Shown here piece by piece: positions 26,378-35,851 of a stretch of DNA of 64,000 bases (position 1 is its first letter; every line of letters starts with the position of its first letter). The position numbers were made by a program, and so were the translations under genes. Where the stretch lies: contig JAVJQW010000062.1 in assembly GCA_040218735.1 (NCBI GenBank), forward strand, positions 224,001-288,000, read 5' to 3'. The notes under the pieces are model-generated. The model saw nothing but the letters and a program-made list of their open reading frames with translations, was not told the origin of the DNA and did no database searches. This DNA is from Deltaproteobacteria bacterium. GTDB taxonomy: Bacteria; Myxococcota; Kuafuiibacteriia; Kuafuiibacteriales; Kuafuiibacteriaceae.

Positions 26378-26911
26378 TCAGCTCTCCGAGAGCTGCAGGC
26401 CGGCCTTCTTCGCCGCGGCGGTCAGCTCCGCGCGGCCGGCTTCGAGCGCGCCGTCGGAGTCGAGGAGGAGGACCCGCTCGAATTTGTGACCGCTCTTGCC
26501 GATCGCTTCGATCCACCACGTCGCCGCGGTGACGTCGCCGCTCGTCGCCGGCGTGGGCGGCGCGACGGCGAGCTCCTTGGCGCCCGCCTCGAACAACACA
26601 GAGGTGATGTTCGTGAGGCGCCCGACGATGGTCGGTCCGGTGACGTCCGTCGGATCGCCGAGCCCGAGGAGGAACAGGCGGGCCGCACCGAAGCGACCCA
26701 TCGACGGCATCAACGTGTGCTCGCCGAGCGCGCCGAGGAAGACACCGTCGCGCAACATGCGCGCGAGGCGCCCACACAGCCGCCAGTCCGCCGCGCCCGC
26801 GACGCCGCGCGGCTGCGCGCGGACCTGGAAGAACGGTAGCGCGATCGCGTCGACGCTCAGGCGGTCGAGGCCCGTCGGATTCGCACGGGCGATGCGCGCT
26901 GCGATCGCCAC
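26378..26911 (-). CDS. Stand-alone M17 aminopeptidase N-terminal-domain protein
   Basis: PRGVAGAADWRLCGRLARML...FLGALGE...RLFLLGLG; no catalytic domain. Confidence 0.75.
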   Translation of the reverse strand: MAIAARIARANPTGLDRLSVDAIALPFFQVRAQPRGVAGAADWRLCGRLARMLRDGVFLGALGEHTLMPSMGRFGAARLFLLGLGDPTDVTGPTIVGRLTNITSVLFEAGAKELAVAPPTPATSGDVTAATWWIEAIGKSGHKFERVLLLDSDGALEAGRAELTAAAKKAGLQLSES

Positions 26912-26915
26912 GGAC

Positions 26916-27389
26916 TCAGCGCCCGATGCGGTCCACGATGCCGTTCACGAACGCGCTCGACTCCTTCGTCCCGAAGGTCTTCGCGAGCTCTACGGCTTCG
27001 TTGATCGCGACCTTCCGCGGGACGCCGTCCTGTTCGTAGGTCAGCTCGTACGCGGCGAGGCGCAGGAGGTTTCGGTCCACGCTGGCCATCCGGTCGATGC
27101 GCCAGTGCAACGAGATGCGCGAGATCAGCTGGTCGATCTGCTCGAGGTTGTTGTTCACGCCGCGGACGATCTGCTCCGCGTACGCGCGGGCCTCGCTGTC
27201 GTCCGGGTCGACCTTGTAGCGGTCCGCGGGCCGCGGCGCGTCGACGTACGACGGCGGCGGGTCCAGCGGCTCCCCCGACGCGAAGGCGTCGTAGAACCGC
27301 TCGATCGCCGCGTCGGGCCACACCCCCGCCATGTCCATGGCGTAGAGCATCATCAGCGCTTGCTCGCGCGCTCTGCGACGAACGCCCAC
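26916..27389 (-). CDS. nusB: Transcription antitermination factor NusB
   Basis: RRRAREQAL, WRIDRM..VDRNLLRL, VAINEAVELAK, FVNGIVD. Confidence 0.96.
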   Translation of the reverse strand: MGVRRRAREQALMMLYAMDMAGVWPDAAIERFYDAFASGEPLDPPPSYVDAPRPADRYKVDPDDSEARAYAEQIVRGVNNNLEQIDQLISRISLHWRIDRMASVDRNLLRLAAYELTYEQDGVPRKVAINEAVELAKTFGTKESSAFVNGIVDRIGR

Positions 27390-27399
27390 GGAGGTCTCC

Positions 27400-27888
27400 T
27401 CAGCCGAGGCTCTTCTTCAGGGCGACCATCTCGACGGCCGCGATCGCCGCCTCCCAGCCCTTGTTGCCGTGTTTGGTTCCGGCCCGCTCGACGGCCTGCT
27501 CGATGGTGTCCGTCGTGAGCACGCCGAGCGCGACCGGGATGCCCGCGTCCATCTGCACGTGCGCGGCGCCCTTCGTGACCTCGGCGGCCACGTAGTCGAA
27601 GTGCGGCGTGCCGCCGCGGATGACGCAGCCGAGCGCGATGATGGCGTCGTAGCCGCCCTTCTCGGCGAGCCACTTGAACGCCAGCGGCATCTCCCAGCTC
27701 CCGGGGACGCGCATGACCTCGAGGTCCGACTCCCCCGCGCCGTGGCGCAGCAGGCAGTCGGTCGCACCTTCGAGGAGGCGCTCGGTGATCAGGCTATTGA
27801 ATCGGCTCACGACGATTCCGTAGCGGGCGCCGCTCGCGTCGAGCTTGCCTTCGTAGGTCTTCGTCACGGTGGTTCCTTCTCTCGTCAT
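27400..27888 (-). CDS. ribH: 6,7-dimethyl-8-ribityllumazine synthase
   Basis: [37 protein letters not shown]. Confidence 0.97.
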   Translation of the reverse strand: MTREGTTVTKTYEGKLDASGARYGIVVSRFNSLITERLLEGATDCLLRHGAGESDLEVMRVPGSWEMPLAFKWLAEKGGYDAIIALGCVIRGGTPHFDYVAAEVTKGAAHVQMDAGIPVALGVLTTDTIEQAVERAGTKHGNKGWEAAIAAVEMVALKKSLG

Positions 27889-29069
27889 TCGGGGCTGCGC
27901 ACCGGCAGCGGGACACGCTCGACCATCTCGAGGTCGAAGCCCTCCAGACCGACGATACGGATCTCGTTGTTGCTCAGCATCCTAAACTTTCGGACGCCGA
28001 CCTGCTTGAGGATCTGCGCCCCGACGCCGAACTCACGCAGGTCCAGGCGAGTCCCGACGCGGTGGTAGATCGGCGGAGCGGACTGCTGGTCCATGCGCTC
28101 CAGGCGCTTCGACAGCGTCGACCCGGCGACGCTGCGCACGAGGTAGACGAACACCCCGGCGCCCTCCTCGGCGATGACGTCGAGCGTCGCGCGCATCTCG
28201 GCGCCGCCACCGGAGAGCACGAGGCCCACGAGGTCCGCGGGCATGTCGATCGACTGAACGCGCACGAGCGTCGGCGTCTCGGGGTCGATATCGCCCTTCA
28301 CGACGGCGAGGTGCTCGTGGCCGTCGACCTTCGAGCGCAGGACCATCACCCGCACTTCGCCCCACTCCGGGGTGGTTACGGTGCGCTCGATGACGGTCTC
28401 GACGAGGTGGTCGTGCGCGAAGCGGTACTCGACCAGCTCGGCGATGGAGACGATCAGCAGCCCGTGCTCCTTGGCGAACACCTCGAGCTGCGGACGGCGC
28501 GCCATGGTGCCGTCCTCGTTCATGATCTCGCAGATGACCCCCGACGGATCGAGCCCGGCGAGCTTCGCGAGGTCCACGCTGCCCTCGGTCTGACCGGTCC
28601 GGACCAGGACGCCGCCGCGCCGCGCGCGGATCGGGAAGACGTGCCCGGGCGTCGACAGGTCGGTCGGCTTCGCGTCGGGGTCCACCGCGACCTTCACCGT
28701 GTGGGCGCGGTCCGCGGCGCTGATGCCGGTGGTGACGCCCTCGGCGGCCTCGATGGAGACCGTGAAGCCGGTCTGGAAGGTCGACGTGTTGCGCTCGACC
28801 ATCATCGGGAGCTCGAGCTCGTCGATGCGCTCCTCGGTGAGGGTGAGGCAGATCAGGCCGCGCGCGTGCGTAGCCATGAAGTTGATCGCCTCCGGCGTGA
28901 CCTTCTCGGCCGCCATGCACAGATCACCCTCGTTCTCGCGGTCCTCGTCGTCGACGAGGATGATCATCTCACCGCGACGAATGGCCTCGATCGCCGCTTT
29001 GACGTTCGCGATGCCCACCGGCCGGCTGTGTAGCGACGAAAGGGAACGCGTGGCAACCGCTGACTTCAA
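27885..29069 (-). CDS. ribB: DHBP synthase fused to a degenerate GTP cyclohydrolase II domain (RibBX-type)
   Basis: [34 protein letters not shown] intact; C-terminal domain lacks RVHSEC and RCDC. Confidence 0.9.
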   Translation of the reverse strand: MKSAVATRSLSSLHSRPVGIANVKAAIEAIRRGEMIILVDDEDRENEGDLCMAAEKVTPEAINFMATHARGLICLTLTEERIDELELPMMVERNTSTFQTGFTVSIEAAEGVTTGISAADRAHTVKVAVDPDAKPTDLSTPGHVFPIRARRGGVLVRTGQTEGSVDLAKLAGLDPSGVICEIMNEDGTMARRPQLEVFAKEHGLLIVSIAELVEYRFAHDHLVETVIERTVTTPEWGEVRVMVLRSKVDGHEHLAVVKGDIDPETPTLVRVQSIDMPADLVGLVLSGGGAEMRATLDVIAEEGAGVFVYLVRSVAGSTLSKRLERMDQQSAPPIYHRVGTRLDLREFGVGAQILKQVGVRKFRMLSNNEIRIVGLEGFDLEMVERVPLPVRSPE

Positions 29070-29713
29070 AAGCCGTGCTTGCGGAAGAAATCCTCGGTCA
29101 GGGGGGCCTTCTGCTCGGCGACGTACCCCTCCAACAGACCGGCCACGTAGCGCGCGATGACGTCCGCCTCCAGGTTCACGGCCGACCCGGCGGCCTTGGC
29201 CCCCAGGGTCGTCACCGACCAGGTGTGCGGGATGATCATCACCGAGAAGGCCTTGGCGTCCTTCCCGGTGATCGTCAGCGAGATGCCGTCGATCGCGATC
29301 GAGCCGCGCGGGATGCAGAGCTCGAGGACCTCGGGCGGGGTCTCGATGCGGACGTCGTAGGCGTTTTCGTTCTTCGTGACGCTCGCGATCGTCCCGACCG
29401 CGTCCACGTGCCCCGCGACCATGTGGCCTCCGAGCCGCGAGGTCGGCGTGACGGAGCGCTCCAGGTTCACCCGACTCCCCGCGGTGAGGCGCCCGAGCGT
29501 GGTGCGCGCGAGCGTCTCGTGCCCGGCGTCGGCGGTGAAGGTCTTGCCGACGATCGAGGTCGCCGTCAGGCAGACCCCCTCGGTGCAGATCGAGTCGCCG
29601 ACCGCGATGGAGGCCGGGTCGAGGTTCGTCTCGACCACGAGGCGCTTACCGCCCCCCGGCCCCCCCTCGATCCTTCGAACCACGCCCACGTCTTCGACGA
29701 TCCCCGTGAACAT
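29066..29713 (-). CDS. ribE: Riboflavin synthase (alpha chain)
   Basis: [40 protein letters not shown]. Confidence 0.96.
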   Translation of the reverse strand: MFTGIVEDVGVVRRIEGGPGGGKRLVVETNLDPASIAVGDSICTEGVCLTATSIVGKTFTADAGHETLARTTLGRLTAGSRVNLERSVTPTSRLGGHMVAGHVDAVGTIASVTKNENAYDVRIETPPEVLELCIPRGSIAIDGISLTITGKDAKAFSVMIIPHTWSVTTLGAKAAGSAVNLEADVIARYVAGLLEGYVAEQKAPLTEDFFRKHGF

Positions 29714-30761
29714 CGGCGCGAGCATCACGCACCGCGTACGCCGTGAGCAAGAGATCCTCGCCGACCGCCTCGACGTGCATCGCGGTAAGGTGCAGCGCCT
29801 CGGTGATCCGCGCCGCGCCCTGCCCCCCGATGGCCGACTTCGCCGCGCCCCCGAACACCTTCGGCGCGAGGAAAAACCGCACCTGGTCCACGCGGCCGGC
29901 GTCGACGAACGCCCCCGCGACCTCGGCGCCGCCCTCCACGAGGAGCTGGTTGATACCGCGCTCGAAGAGCGCCTCGAGGAGCGGGTCGATCGCGACGCGA
30001 CCGCGATCCGTCGGCAGGCGGAGCACCTCGACGCCGGTGCCTTCGAGGGCTTCGACCTTCTTCTTCGGAGCGCGCCGCGACGTCACGACGAGCGTGGGCG
30101 TGGTGAGCGCGGTGCGGACCAGCTGGCTGGTCAGATCGATCGTGAGGCGTGCGTCGAGCACGACGCGCAGCGGATCGCGCGCGCCGTCGAAGCGCGCCGT
30201 GAGCGCCGGGTCGTCGGCGCGCACCGTGCCCATGCCCACGACGATCGCGTCGGATCGATCGCGCAGCCGGTGACCGAACGCCCGCGCCTCGGGGCCGGTG
30301 ATCCACTGGCTGTCGCCGGTGCGCGTCGCGATGCGGCCGTCGAGGGTCATCGCCGACTTGAGGACCACGAAGGGGCGGCCGTGGCGGACCGCGAAGACGT
30401 AGCCCTCGTCGAGCGCGGCGCACTCGGGGGCGAGGACGCCGGCGACCACCTCGCAGCGCTTGGCGAGCGCGCGGCGGGCGCGGCCGCGCCAGCGGGGATC
30501 GTCGCTGCCGATGACGACTCGTCTCGCGGTGAGCTGCTTGGCGACCTGCGGCGAGGGCTCGAGCGTGAGGTAGAGGGTGTCAGCGTCCGTGAAAGCGAGC
30601 GCGGGGTGCGGGGCGTGCGGGGCGTCGCGGTAGGCGGTGCGGGTGCGGCCGTTCTTCAGGACGGCGAGGACGCCGACCGCGGGCTCGGGGGCGCAGTGGC
30701 CTTGGCCTTTTTGGCCCGCTTTCAGGGCCCGGCGCATTCGGCGTTCGTCTTCGGAGGCCAT
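29646..30761 (-). CDS. ribD: RibD with intact reductase domain and degenerate deaminase domain
   Basis: RPFVVLKSAMTLDGRIAT..GDSQWIT, DAIVVG.GTV.ADDP.LT, LLVEGG; deaminase HAE and PC..C motifs absent. Confidence 0.9.
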   Translation of the reverse strand: MASEDERRMRRALKAGQKGQGHCAPEPAVGVLAVLKNGRTRTAYRDAPHAPHPALAFTDADTLYLTLEPSPQVAKQLTARRVVIGSDDPRWRGRARRALAKRCEVVAGVLAPECAALDEGYVFAVRHGRPFVVLKSAMTLDGRIATRTGDSQWITGPEARAFGHRLRDRSDAIVVGMGTVRADDPALTARFDGARDPLRVVLDARLTIDLTSQLVRTALTTPTLVVTSRRAPKKKVEALEGTGVEVLRLPTDRGRVAIDPLLEALFERGINQLLVEGGAEVAGAFVDAGRVDQVRFFLAPKVFGGAAKSAIGGQGAARITEALHLTAMHVEAVGEDLLLTAYAVRDARADVHGDRRRRGRGSKDRGGAGGR

Positions 30762-30812
30762 GAGCTCGGGACCCGGACCGGAACCGGGACCCGGACCGGG
30801 GTTGGGGCGGGG

Positions 30813-31292
30813 CTAGGAGCCCGCCGCTTTCATCTTCGCGCGCTCCGCGAGCATCGCGTTCAGCTCCTCGGCGAACTCGGCGAGGTCGGCGAAGTTGCGG
30901 AAGATGGAGGCGTAGCGGATGTACGCGACGTCGTCGATGTCGGCGAGGCGGATCAGGACCTCCTCGCCGATCGTCTGCGAGTCGACCTCTTTTTCGCCGG
31001 TCTCCTGCAGCTGCTTTTCGATGTCGTCGACGAGGTCTTCGATCTCGGTGAGCGGGACGGTGCGCTTCTCACAAGCCGCACGTATGCCCGCGACGACCTT
31101 GTTGTGGTCGAACGGCTCGCGGCGCCCGTCGCTCTTCACGACCATCGGGAGGACCTCCTCGATGCGCTCGTAGGTGGTGAAACGCTTCGCGCACGCGTTG
31201 CACTCGCGACGCCGCCGGATCACCTGCCCGTCCTTCGACAAGCGAGAGTCGATGACCTTGTTCTCGCTGTTCGTACAGAAGGGGCACTTCAT
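30813..31292 (-). CDS. nrdR: Transcriptional repressor NrdR
   Basis: MKCPFC...VIDSR...IRRRRECNAC..RFTTYE; ATP cone; VAYIRYAS. Confidence 0.97.
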   Translation of the reverse strand: MKCPFCTNSENKVIDSRLSKDGQVIRRRRECNACAKRFTTYERIEEVLPMVVKSDGRREPFDHNKVVAGIRAACEKRTVPLTEIEDLVDDIEKQLQETGEKEVDSQTIGEEVLIRLADIDDVAYIRYASIFRNFADLAEFAEELNAMLAERAKMKAAGS

Positions 31293-31393
31293 CGCCGAAC
31301 CCGCCTCTGGTGGTACCCCGTGAAACGGGTGCAACGCAAGGAATGGGGGGTGTACGGGCCGTTTACGAGGTGCTCGCGTCCAAGGGACGTGCG

Positions 31394-32566
31394 ATGCTGA
31401 CGGCCGTGTCGACCGATCCATCGCGCACGGATTCGGATCCGATCGGGCGCACGCGCGCTCGGCGGGGGCTCCTGGCCGGCGTCCTGATCCTCGGCCTCGT
31501 CGCCTGTAAATCCGCGGACCGATCCGCGGAGGACGCAGCGGTCGAAACGACGACGAAAAAAATCACGCCGAAACGCCAAGTCGTGGACGTCCACGTGCAC
31601 GTCACCCCCGACGAGCTCGACCGACTCCACGGCATCCTCGACGAAGCCGGGATCGACTGGGTCGTGAACCTCTCCGGCATGTGGCCCGGCGGGCCCTTGG
31701 AAAAACAGCTCGCCGCCGCGCGCCAGTCCGGGCGGATCCGCGTCGCTACCACCCCGCCCTGGGGCCTCGCGTTCCGCCGCGACGACTTCCCGACCATCAG
31801 CGCCTCCATGATCCGCGACGCCAAACGCCAGGGCGCCGTCGCGCTGAAGATCTCCAAGGCGCTCGGCCTGCAGATCAAGAACCCCAAGGGGGAGCTCGTC
31901 GCGGTCGACGATCCGTGGCTCGATCCCATCTGGGCCGCCGCGGGCGAGGTCGGCTTCCCGGTGTTCATCCACACCGCCGACCCCAAGGCGTTCTGGCTCC
32001 CGATCGACGAGAACAACGAACGCCAAGAGGAGCTCACCGCCCACCCCGGCTGGTCGTACTACGGCGAGGACGTCCCGTCCTTCGACGCGCTCCTCGGGCA
32101 GCTGATGAACGTGGTGAAGAAACACCCAAAGACCACGTTCATCGCGGTGCACTTCGGCAACCACGCGGAGGATCCGTTCTGGGTGGGGCGGATGCTCGAC
32201 GAACACCCGAACCTGTACGTCGACATCGCGGCGCGCGTTGTGGAGCTCGGACGGCACGACCCGAAGAAGCTCCGCGCCGTGTTCATCGAACACCGAAAGC
32301 GCATCCTCTTCGGCAGCGACCTCGGCGTCACGCCGCGCGGCGGGCTGATGCTCGGCTCGTTCGGCGAGGAGCCGAACCGCCGCGACGAGGTGGGCCCGTT
32401 CTTCGCCGCGCACTGGCGCTGGCTCGAGACCGCGGACACCCTCGACAGCCCGACCCCGATTCAGGGCCGGTGGAAGATCCACGGCCTCGAGCTGCCGTCC
32501 GACGTGCTCGACGACATCTACCACGGCAACGCGGAGCGCCTGTTCGGCGCACCCGCGAAGCCTTGA
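31394..32566 (+). CDS. Amidohydrolase_2 family protein with lipoprotein signal
   Basis: RR...LGLVAC; VDVHVH, LKISK, PVFIHTAD, AVHFG, ILFGSD, IYHGNAERL. Confidence 0.85.
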   Translation: MLTAVSTDPSRTDSDPIGRTRARRGLLAGVLILGLVACKSADRSAEDAAVETTTKKITPKRQVVDVHVHVTPDELDRLHGILDEAGIDWVVNLSGMWPGGPLEKQLAAARQSGRIRVATTPPWGLAFRRDDFPTISASMIRDAKRQGAVALKISKALGLQIKNPKGELVAVDDPWLDPIWAAAGEVGFPVFIHTADPKAFWLPIDENNERQEELTAHPGWSYYGEDVPSFDALLGQLMNVVKKHPKTTFIAVHFGNHAEDPFWVGRMLDEHPNLYVDIAARVVELGRHDPKKLRAVFIEHRKRILFGSDLGVTPRGGLMLGSFGEEPNRRDEVGPFFAAHWRWLETADTLDSPTPIQGRWKIHGLELPSDVLDDIYHGNAERLFGAPAKP

Positions 32567-32567
32567 A

Positions 32568-33902
32568 TCAGTTGTTGTCCTGGGTGCCAGTGCAGTTGTG
32601 GTTCATCAGCGTAGTGAAGAACCCCGTCCCGAAGACGCTGCTGTTGTTGTGGTAGAAGTCGCGGAGGTTGCGACCGTTCGAGTCGCCGCCCGACGGCTCG
32701 TTGTCGTCGCGGTTGCCGGTGCCGCTCGCGAAGCGATCCCACGCATCCGACAGCGCTCGCGGTGACGTGTTGAAGTCGTCCGGCCAGCTCGCTGCGCCGG
32801 CCGCCGCCTCATTGTTCGAGTCGACGAGGTCCCAGAAGCCCTTCACGCTCTGCAGCTGAACCCCGGAGTTGGCGCTGCACGTGGCGTTGATCGGTGCGGC
32901 CGTCTCGACCTGCAGACCCGCGACGCGCGGCAATGACCCCGAGTTGTTGTCGTCCCACCAGCTCACCGCCGACGAGAAGTCGGCCCACGCCTCCATCACC
33001 GCGGCCGACTCGAACTCGGTCCCGGTGCGCGACCAACCGCTGCCGTTGAGCGAGTAGTCGAACGCGAGGCCGTCGCGGTGGAACTCCGTGAACATCAAGA
33101 GGTGCCCCAGCTCGTGCGCGGAGGAGCGACCGTTCGTCGCGACGCCGCTGGTGTTGATGATGAACCGCCCGCGATCCTGCGCGGAGCCGCCGCCCGGGCA
33201 CGTGGTGTTCGGCGTCGTGCCGTTCACACACGGGAACACCATCTCGATGACGCCGCTGGCCGTCCCGTCGAACTCCGCGTTGAACGTCTCGAGCGCGCGC
33301 TGCGCGGTGTCGAGCGCGAGGACGCGGTCGGAGCGATCCGTCGTGTTCGACGTGGTGATCGCGAGCGCGAACCCGGGCGGGAGGATGTCGCACGACGCGC
33401 CCGCCTGGCAGTCCACGGCCACGAAGGCGTCCGGATCCGTGCCGTCGCCGTTGCGCCAGCTGATGACCGGGTAGCTGCTCGCGGTCTCGTCGAGCGCGCG
33501 GACCTTGTCGCCGTTCAGGCCGGTGTGGCGCACCTCGTTGATGTACTTCACGTACACGTCGGGGTTCGCTTCACCGAGGTCGATGTCCGGGACCGAGTTC
33601 TCCCACTCGAAGGTCGCGCAGCCCGGGCCGTCGGTCGTCTTGATGAAGCGCCCGATGAACTCGTCGTCGCCGACGGGGTCCTTGTCCCAAAGCTCGAAGA
33701 GGTGACCGACGGCGGGTGTCGCGGTGTTGTCCGCGTGGCGCCCGCGTTTGTTGCCGGTCTCGGTGTCGGACGGGCTGCTGCTGGTGTCGCGGCCCTCCCG
33801 GAAGTTCAGCGAGAAACACACCGTGCGCGTCGCCGCGGCGGCTTGGGGGGTGTACAGGAGCGCGGCGGCCCCGAGGACGAGGGTCGAAGTCAGCTTTTTC
33901 AT
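32568..33902 (-). CDS. Secreted zincin-like (HExxH) protein
   Basis: Signal peptide ...QAAA; AHELGHLLM; downstream AVMEAWADF; N-terminal ELWDKD...DDE domain. Confidence 0.7.
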   Translation of the reverse strand: MKKLTSTLVLGAAALLYTPQAAAATRTVCFSLNFREGRDTSSSPSDTETGNKRGRHADNTATPAVGHLFELWDKDPVGDDEFIGRFIKTTDGPGCATFEWENSVPDIDLGEANPDVYVKYINEVRHTGLNGDKVRALDETASSYPVISWRNGDGTDPDAFVAVDCQAGASCDILPPGFALAITTSNTTDRSDRVLALDTAQRALETFNAEFDGTASGVIEMVFPCVNGTTPNTTCPGGGSAQDRGRFIINTSGVATNGRSSAHELGHLLMFTEFHRDGLAFDYSLNGSGWSRTGTEFESAAVMEAWADFSSAVSWWDDNNSGSLPRVAGLQVETAAPINATCSANSGVQLQSVKGFWDLVDSNNEAAAGAASWPDDFNTSPRALSDAWDRFASGTGNRDDNEPSGGDSNGRNLRDFYHNNSSVFGTGFFTTLMNHNCTGTQDNN

Positions 33903-33932
33903 GTCTTGGTTTCTCCTTCGGCGTGGGCCGGC

Positions 33933-34661
33933 TCAGGACTCGAGGTCTTCCTTCGACTGCACGTCACGGACGCCGTCCGGGCGACGACCGTGCATCCGCG
34001 AGTCGCGTACCGGCTTGGCCCCTTCGATGCGCAGATCGGAGCCGCGGTCGGCGCCGGGGACGATCGTGGGATCGAATTCGACGCGCCCCCGCTGGAAGCG
34101 GTACGAGTGGCCGTCGGGGCTCAGGTGCACCTCGACGGGATCCACGATCGCGTTGAAGTCCTTGCCCGAGATCGCACGAAGCTCACCGCCCTGCAGCCGG
34201 TAGTAGCGACGCGCCATCGTCGTGAACGGATGCTCCGGATCGCCGTGCGCGATGTTCGCGGTGACGACGATGCGCTCCGCGACGAGCGCGTCCTGCGCCG
34301 CGCCCTTCGGGAGCGCGCGCGCCACGAGGTCGGCCTTCGGTGTGGGGACGGCGACGGCCTGGTCCGTGAAGGCGGCGTCGCGATCGGTGATCCGGACGAC
34401 CGCGTTCGACGCGACGACGCGCCCCTCGTGGTCCTTCAGATCGTGGTGGAAGAGCTCGCTGGTGATCGCGACGTCATAGACCCCGTCGAGCTCCCACTCG
34501 ACCTTCGCGTCGTCGACGCCCGTCACCAGCCGCACCGGGTCGAGCGCGTCTTCGTGCGGATCCGAGTGCCGAGTTGGGTTCGTGGTGAGACCGAGGGCCG
34601 CGACGAGCGAGGCTCCGCCGAGGGCCAACGCCAGGCGGCGCAGCCAGATGTTCTTCGTCAT
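33933..34661 (-). CDS. Hypothetical exported protein
   Basis: AAGGAAC RBS-like, N-terminal signal or TM; directly upstream of the HExxH gene. Confidence 0.65.
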   Translation of the reverse strand: MTKNIWLRRLALALGGASLVAALGLTTNPTRHSDPHEDALDPVRLVTGVDDAKVEWELDGVYDVAITSELFHHDLKDHEGRVVASNAVVRITDRDAAFTDQAVAVPTPKADLVARALPKGAAQDALVAERIVVTANIAHGDPEHPFTTMARRYYRLQGGELRAISGKDFNAIVDPVEVHLSPDGHSYRFQRGRVEFDPTIVPGADRGSDLRIEGAKPVRDSRMHGRRPDGVRDVQSKEDLES

Positions 34662-34782
34662 GTTGCCTTGTTCCTTTCGCGCTCCGGAGGAAGACCGGAG
34701 CGTCGACAAGGAGATGTGCGATCAACCGCGCGGATCTCACGCGCGGCAGCGAAGAAGATTGTCGGAAGCTAGAGCGCCGCCC

Positions 34783-35253
34783 TCAGCGGTTGGTGAGGAT
34801 CGCGGAGGCGGCTTCGGTGGCCTGCGTGTGCAGCTTCTCGATGCTGTCGGCCTTCAGCTCGGTGCGGCCCACGGGCCGCGCGGTCTCGGTGTCGATCATC
34901 GACAGGCTCATGACGAACGTCTTACCGAGGCGGCTGATCGTCCCGGACACGATGAAGCGGGCCTGCATCGCCTTGCCCATGCTCGAGTAGCAGCTCGCGT
35001 CCGCGCAGGTGTCGAAGCTCGCGGCGAGCGCGCCGAAGCGCATCATGTTCCGAAGGTCGTCGCCGCAGAGGACGTCGTACTTGGCGGTCTTGGAGATGGC
35101 GTTACAGGTGGCGGTGGAGATGACCTGAGCCTCGTGCGCCTCGACGCCCTGGGCGACGAGGTCCTGCACCAACATCTTGGGCTTGGCGGCCCACGCGGGC
35201 GCGCTGGTCATCGTGAGGCCCAACAGCAAGGCGATGGTCGCGATTCGCGTCAT
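34783..35253 (-). CDS. Secreted protein, TolB-N/CsgG/DUF2380-like fold
   Basis: Signal PAWA; C...SC...MGKAMQARFIVSGTISRLG..FVMSLSMID. Confidence 0.65.
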   Translation of the reverse strand: MTRIATIALLLGLTMTSAPAWAAKPKMLVQDLVAQGVEAHEAQVISTATCNAISKTAKYDVLCGDDLRNMMRFGALAASFDTCADASCYSSMGKAMQARFIVSGTISRLGKTFVMSLSMIDTETARPVGRTELKADSIEKLHTQATEAASAILTNR

Positions 35254-35257
35254 GGCT

Positions 35258-35851
35258 TCACTCTCCCTTCGTTTCCCCTTCTCGCTCGAGCGCGCGCTCG
35301 ACAGCGACGCGGATCCGCCCGAGGTGCCGATCCCAGGATACCCCCTCGTTGCGAGCGGGCGGCGCGAGACGGACGACCTCTAATCGCGAGTCAACCACAA
35401 GAACCTCGCCGGGTCGATCGGACTTCAGCGCGCGCCGCACGATCCCGTGCTCGTCCACGCTGACTGGGTAAGGGTATTCCGACCTCAACAACTTCGCGCG
35501 CGCCTCCCCGGCGGTCTCCTCCTCCGCCAACACCACGCCGACGAACAGGCTTCCCTTCGCCCACGGCCGCGTCGCAAACCCGGTCATCTGGTCGCAGAAC
35601 GTCCGCGAAGCGCCCGTCTTGGCCGGCCCCGGGCAGTCCGACGGCGCGACGAGGAACAGCACGACGACCTTGGGAGACGGAAGTCCCGCGACGTCGTCCC
35701 GCGCGCGCGCGCCGATGACGTCCTCCAGGTGCAGAATGCGGTGGCCCCCCAGCGCCTTCGGGTTCGCGACGCCGAACGTGACCCATCCCGGCACACGCTC
35801 CACGGCCGTCTGACCGCTGAGCGCGCCGAGGACGAGGAGCGCAGCGAGCAT
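35258..35851 (-). CDS. Exported thioredoxin/redoxin-like protein
   Basis: VVVLFLVAPSDC...C; FVGV; YPYPVSVDEHGIVRRAL; Cys pair not canonical CxxC. Confidence 0.55.
   Translation of the reverse strand: MLAALLVLGALSGQTAVERVPGWVTFGVANPKALGGHRILHLEDVIGARARDDVAGLPSPKVVVLFLVAPSDCPGPAKTGASRTFCDQMTGFATRPWAKGSLFVGVVLAEEETAGEARAKLLRSEYPYPVSVDEHGIVRRALKSDRPGEVLVVDSRLEVVRLAPPARNEGVSWDRHLGRIRVAVERALEREGETKGE

Noticed and set aside
30762-31393. FMN riboswitch ahead of the rib genes; ggaccc/ggaccg short repeats at 30768-30800
   Set aside because: Intergenic gaps are too short and lack RFN motifs; the short repeat looks like a low-complexity spacer
31394-32566. Divergent amidohydrolase as the replacement for the dead RibD deaminase
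   Set aside because: It carries a lipoprotein signal (RR...LVAC), so it is probably extracytoplasmic; only adjacency supports the idea
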